Below are positions 60,868 through 64,000 of a stretch of 64,000 nucleotides of DNA, one piece after another; the first letter of the stretch is position 1; each line of letters begins with the position of its first letter. The notes under the pieces are model-generated. The model was not told the DNA's origin and did not search any database. It worked only from the letters and a program-made list of their open reading frames with translations. Made by a program: the position numbers and the translations under genes. Source of the stretch: Azolla caroliniana (taxonomy: Eukaryota; Plantae; Polypodiophyta); assembly GCA_043228905.1 (NCBI GenBank), contig JBHGNT010000015.1:4526001-4590000 (forward strand). The letters are read 5' to 3'.

Positions 60868-62864
60868 TTTCTGTGTCTTTCAAAGAAATAGAAACTTTTG
60901 AAGCTACCCTCTGAGATTTTCGCCCCTGTACTGGCACAGCGCTCTCTCTTCACAAGTTAATGCAAACGTTCGTAAGACTCCTGCTATCAAAGCGACGAGC
61001 CCACAGAGAAGTGCGCATGTGTATTTGTACGCATATACGCACAAGTACACGTATCCATATAGGTGTATGTGAATGTGGATATATGAGGCCGATCTATAAA
61101 GCCCATAAGACTCCCAAACACATCATCTTACACAATAGACATTTGCACCTGCAGAAGGAAGGGATTAGAGCTTCAATTGTACCGGTTGCATGTCTTCTGA
61201 ATTGCCTGTTGAAATCGAGACACAGATGCTTTTAACAGTAATCCGCATTTTCAAATCGGTATATGGATGGTTGTGCATGTTAATGAATCGGAGGCATTTT
61301 ACTGTATTGTGCGAGAGCAGAGGAATGGGAAGGAATCAGGATGGTTATCAACTTTTCACTACATTTCTAGCTCGGAAATCTTGCTACTGATATGTAGATG
61401 TTTTTGCATCAAGCAAAAGTAATAGAAGATGTAATTATCGAATATCAGTATCGAACAAACGAGATAATGTCGTACATACTATCGTTGGATGCTCTGCAGG
61501 TAATGTATGAGTATGTGTTGCGATAGGGCTTCACAGACATAGGTTCAAAATTAAGAGAAGGATATGATAAACCGGAATTGTTCTAAGGAAAGAATATTGC
61601 GCATTTTCGATTGTTGAGTGCTCTGCAGTTACGTATGCGATTGGGATTGGCTTGAAGCTCATATCAAACAGACAATTCAAGTGGAAAGATTGATCTTCCT
61701 GACAGCATTTTTTATGTTGGCATTCTGCTAAGATTTTACGTAAAGTCTGAGTTCACATTCGAGCAATATTTAAAGTTCTAAATGTCAGCACAGAACATTG
61801 GGCAAGAACAAACGGCAATCGAAACCAGTATTCCTGTCTAGCCAATATACCGATTTACAGGTCCAAATGAGCAGCGTAAACCGCAGATTATAATCAATTT
61901 AAGTCTGCGTCTTTCGCAGAGGATCATATCAACGAGCGCTCAGACAGATGCATCTCCGTTCAACGAGGAGAACGGTTACGAACTCCCCTCATACAAGAGG
62001 TGTCAGAAGTTTGCATTCCCTCATCACAGCAGCAGAGACACAGAGCAAAAGGAACAGTGGCAACTAATTGAGGTGAATTTATGTAAAACATCTCTGTCAG
62101 TAAAAAATTAGAGTGTTAAATGATTTTTGCTCAATCATGAAGATCATGAGTTATAAAGGTATCTTCATCCAGAGACAGAGGAAAAGGAATACAGGTCCAC
62201 AGATTAGAGTACGATAATGAGACGAAACCACTGTATAGAGACATAATTCTGAAATTTTGGCAAGGGGCGAGACGCAGAGATACTGGGGCCTCAGAGTGTG
62301 TAACAATAAGAATTAGTCGCATCACCAGCTCTGTGGAGCCTCAGCGAAATCCGCTAAATTTGTTTCTCATCAAAGAGCCTCAGTGAAATCTGCTAAAATT
62401 GTTTCTCAGACTTCAGCCATAACCGAAAAAAAATGCAAGGATACAATCAAGCTTAACAATTGCTGTTAATAAAGCATCAGTTTCTAGGTCCCTCTTCCAG
62501 CTCTGATATTAGGGTTTGCAGGTTGACTGAATGGAAGCTACCATGGAAATCAAAACGTCTGCCAGTCGATCACATCTCCACCTCTGCAGCTCTTCTGTCT
62601 CTTTATAAACATCTCGAAACCCTAGCTTTGTCATTCCCCTTTCACACTTGTCCGGACACCGCCTGCGATCTTCGCGGATTAAGACCCCTTTTTTTCTTTT
62701 TAAGTGTTTTAGCACAACCCCTAACCCTAATATCACCACGAATCGGGTATTGTCCGAATTCCCCGTGACCGCTTCAAACCATACAAGGGAAGGAACCAAC
62801 ACCACATGTGGTTCAGATATGTTGGAATTAATGAATTGTGTCTAAACTTGAAGCAGTAATGCGA

Positions 62865-63504
62865 TGTCGTGGAACAAACCGGCCATAGGAGGAAATGGGA
62901 GCCCTAGCGCGTGAACGGGGGTCTTACACGGATACGCACCAATTTAAGTTAATGTACATTATATAAGAATAGGTCGGCGTGATGTAAATATAAACATATT
63001 AATAGGATTAGCAAATCAAGGCGTATCTATGTCCGAAGGGACAAAGAATAAAAGGTGATGTAACTAGGATGTAACGGCCCACCCTCATCGGCCTATAAAA
63101 AGGGGGAAAGAAAGACGGAGAGCGGAGGGCATTTTTGGAGGAGGAGGAAGTGTTGTCGGACTAGGAACCGAGCACTGTTTCATCTCTGTTGTAATCTCTA
63201 CAGGCTTCTTGGTTGGTTGCCTCTGCTTGCGTGGGAAGCTCGTGTGCTTTCGGCAAGGCCCCACTGTGTATCCCTAGGTGTGTGTGTGTATGTGTGAGTG
63301 TATTTGGTTGGTCGTCGGCGCGCCGGTTGTAATCTCAACAAGGTTGTAATCACTAACTAGTAGTAATTGGTTCTTCTTGAGTTGCATTTCCCTGGTTCTT
63401 GTCATTCCATCTCTTCTCTTCTCCCTCTTCTTTCGCTCACTCCTCGGTTCAGGGCCCCCGCGGTCTCGCCTTAGTTTCCTATGCGCACACGTAACAACAC
63501 GACA
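62865..63504 (+). mobile_element. Solo LTR with TGTCGTG...CACGACA ends (family F)
   Basis: 7-bp terminal inverted repeat; flanks GCGA (62861-64) and ACGA (63505-08); cctataaaa TATA ~63092 followed by a purine-rich tract. Confidence 0.85.
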
Positions 63505-63562
63505 ACGATTTAATGTCAATTATACGTTTGAGAACCAATGGAGCCAGACTGATACTCCATTA

Positions 63563-63774
63563 TGGGAGCATGAGATCGATTATATTTGATGCTCGCATGG
63601 TCTAGAAGTGTTGATTTTATGATGTGGAAGTGTAAGGTTGCATTTATTCCTTCAAATGATGGAATGCATGTGGGTATGAGATCGATCATATTTGATGCTC
63701 GTGTGGTCTATAAGTGTTGCTTATATGGAGTGGAAGTGTAAGCTAGCATTTATCCCATCAGAGGATGGAATGCA
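63563..63774. repeat. Diverged ~105-bp tandem duplication
   Basis: atgagatcgat.atatttgatgctcg..tggtcta.aagtgttg...gtggaagtgtaag...gcattt...gatggaatgca twice. Confidence 0.75.
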
Positions 63775-64000
63775 ACTAAGGAATTTCATAAATTGTACTT
63801 ATGCAAACAGTTGGGAGATAAGACCTCTATGTCCCGATAAGAAAAATATGTGCTCGGCCTGTACAAGGTACAAATAACTAATAAGATCCAAATAATGGTT
63901 CCAAAATATGAGAGGGCTTGAGCGACTTGATTATTCAAGAGTGGTATGGACGACTCAAGACACCCAATCCAACAATTCGAAAGATGTGCCTTTCCGCCAT

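Noticed and set aside
60900-62460. Divergent gene upstream of UFSP2
   Set aside because: Some splice-like signals, but no coherent ORF or recognisable protein.
62880-62955. tRNA-like cassette in the family-F LTR
   Set aside because: A-box-like TAACTTAAATTGG on the minus strand, but no credible B box at the right spacing.

Overview
Land-plant nuclear DNA; the TE families and gene structures suggest a large-genome non-seed plant such as a fern (inference). 1-22.6 kb is a nested retrotransposon stack. A degenerate Ty3/Gypsy element, whose 3' end abuts a LINE fragment, contains an RT-less Copia (A). A contains Copia B (itself hit by a solo LTR), a second solo LTR, and a fully intact, very young Tnt1/Tork-like Copia (C; identical LTRs, 1337-aa ORF). 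22.6-48 kb holds a single-exon F-box/kelch-type gene, several decayed L1-type LINEs interrupted by two hAT MITEs and solo LTRs, and a ~930-bp palindrome made from two inverted LTR halves. 48-61 kb holds two convergent spliced genes: a four-finger RanBP2 Zn-finger RNA-binding protein and a Ufm1-specific protease, whose introns carry a plastid ndhA insertion and a gag remnant. The most unusual signal is a group of LTR-like elements ending TGTCGT...ACGACA. Four insertions sit at CpG-centred 4-bp target sites, and two LTR families with these ends carry antisense tRNA-spaced Pol III A/B boxes in U3. One of these families also shares a CCGG repeat/hairpin module with an otherwise unrelated 5-bp-TSD LTR family. 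All coordinates and alignments were read by eye.
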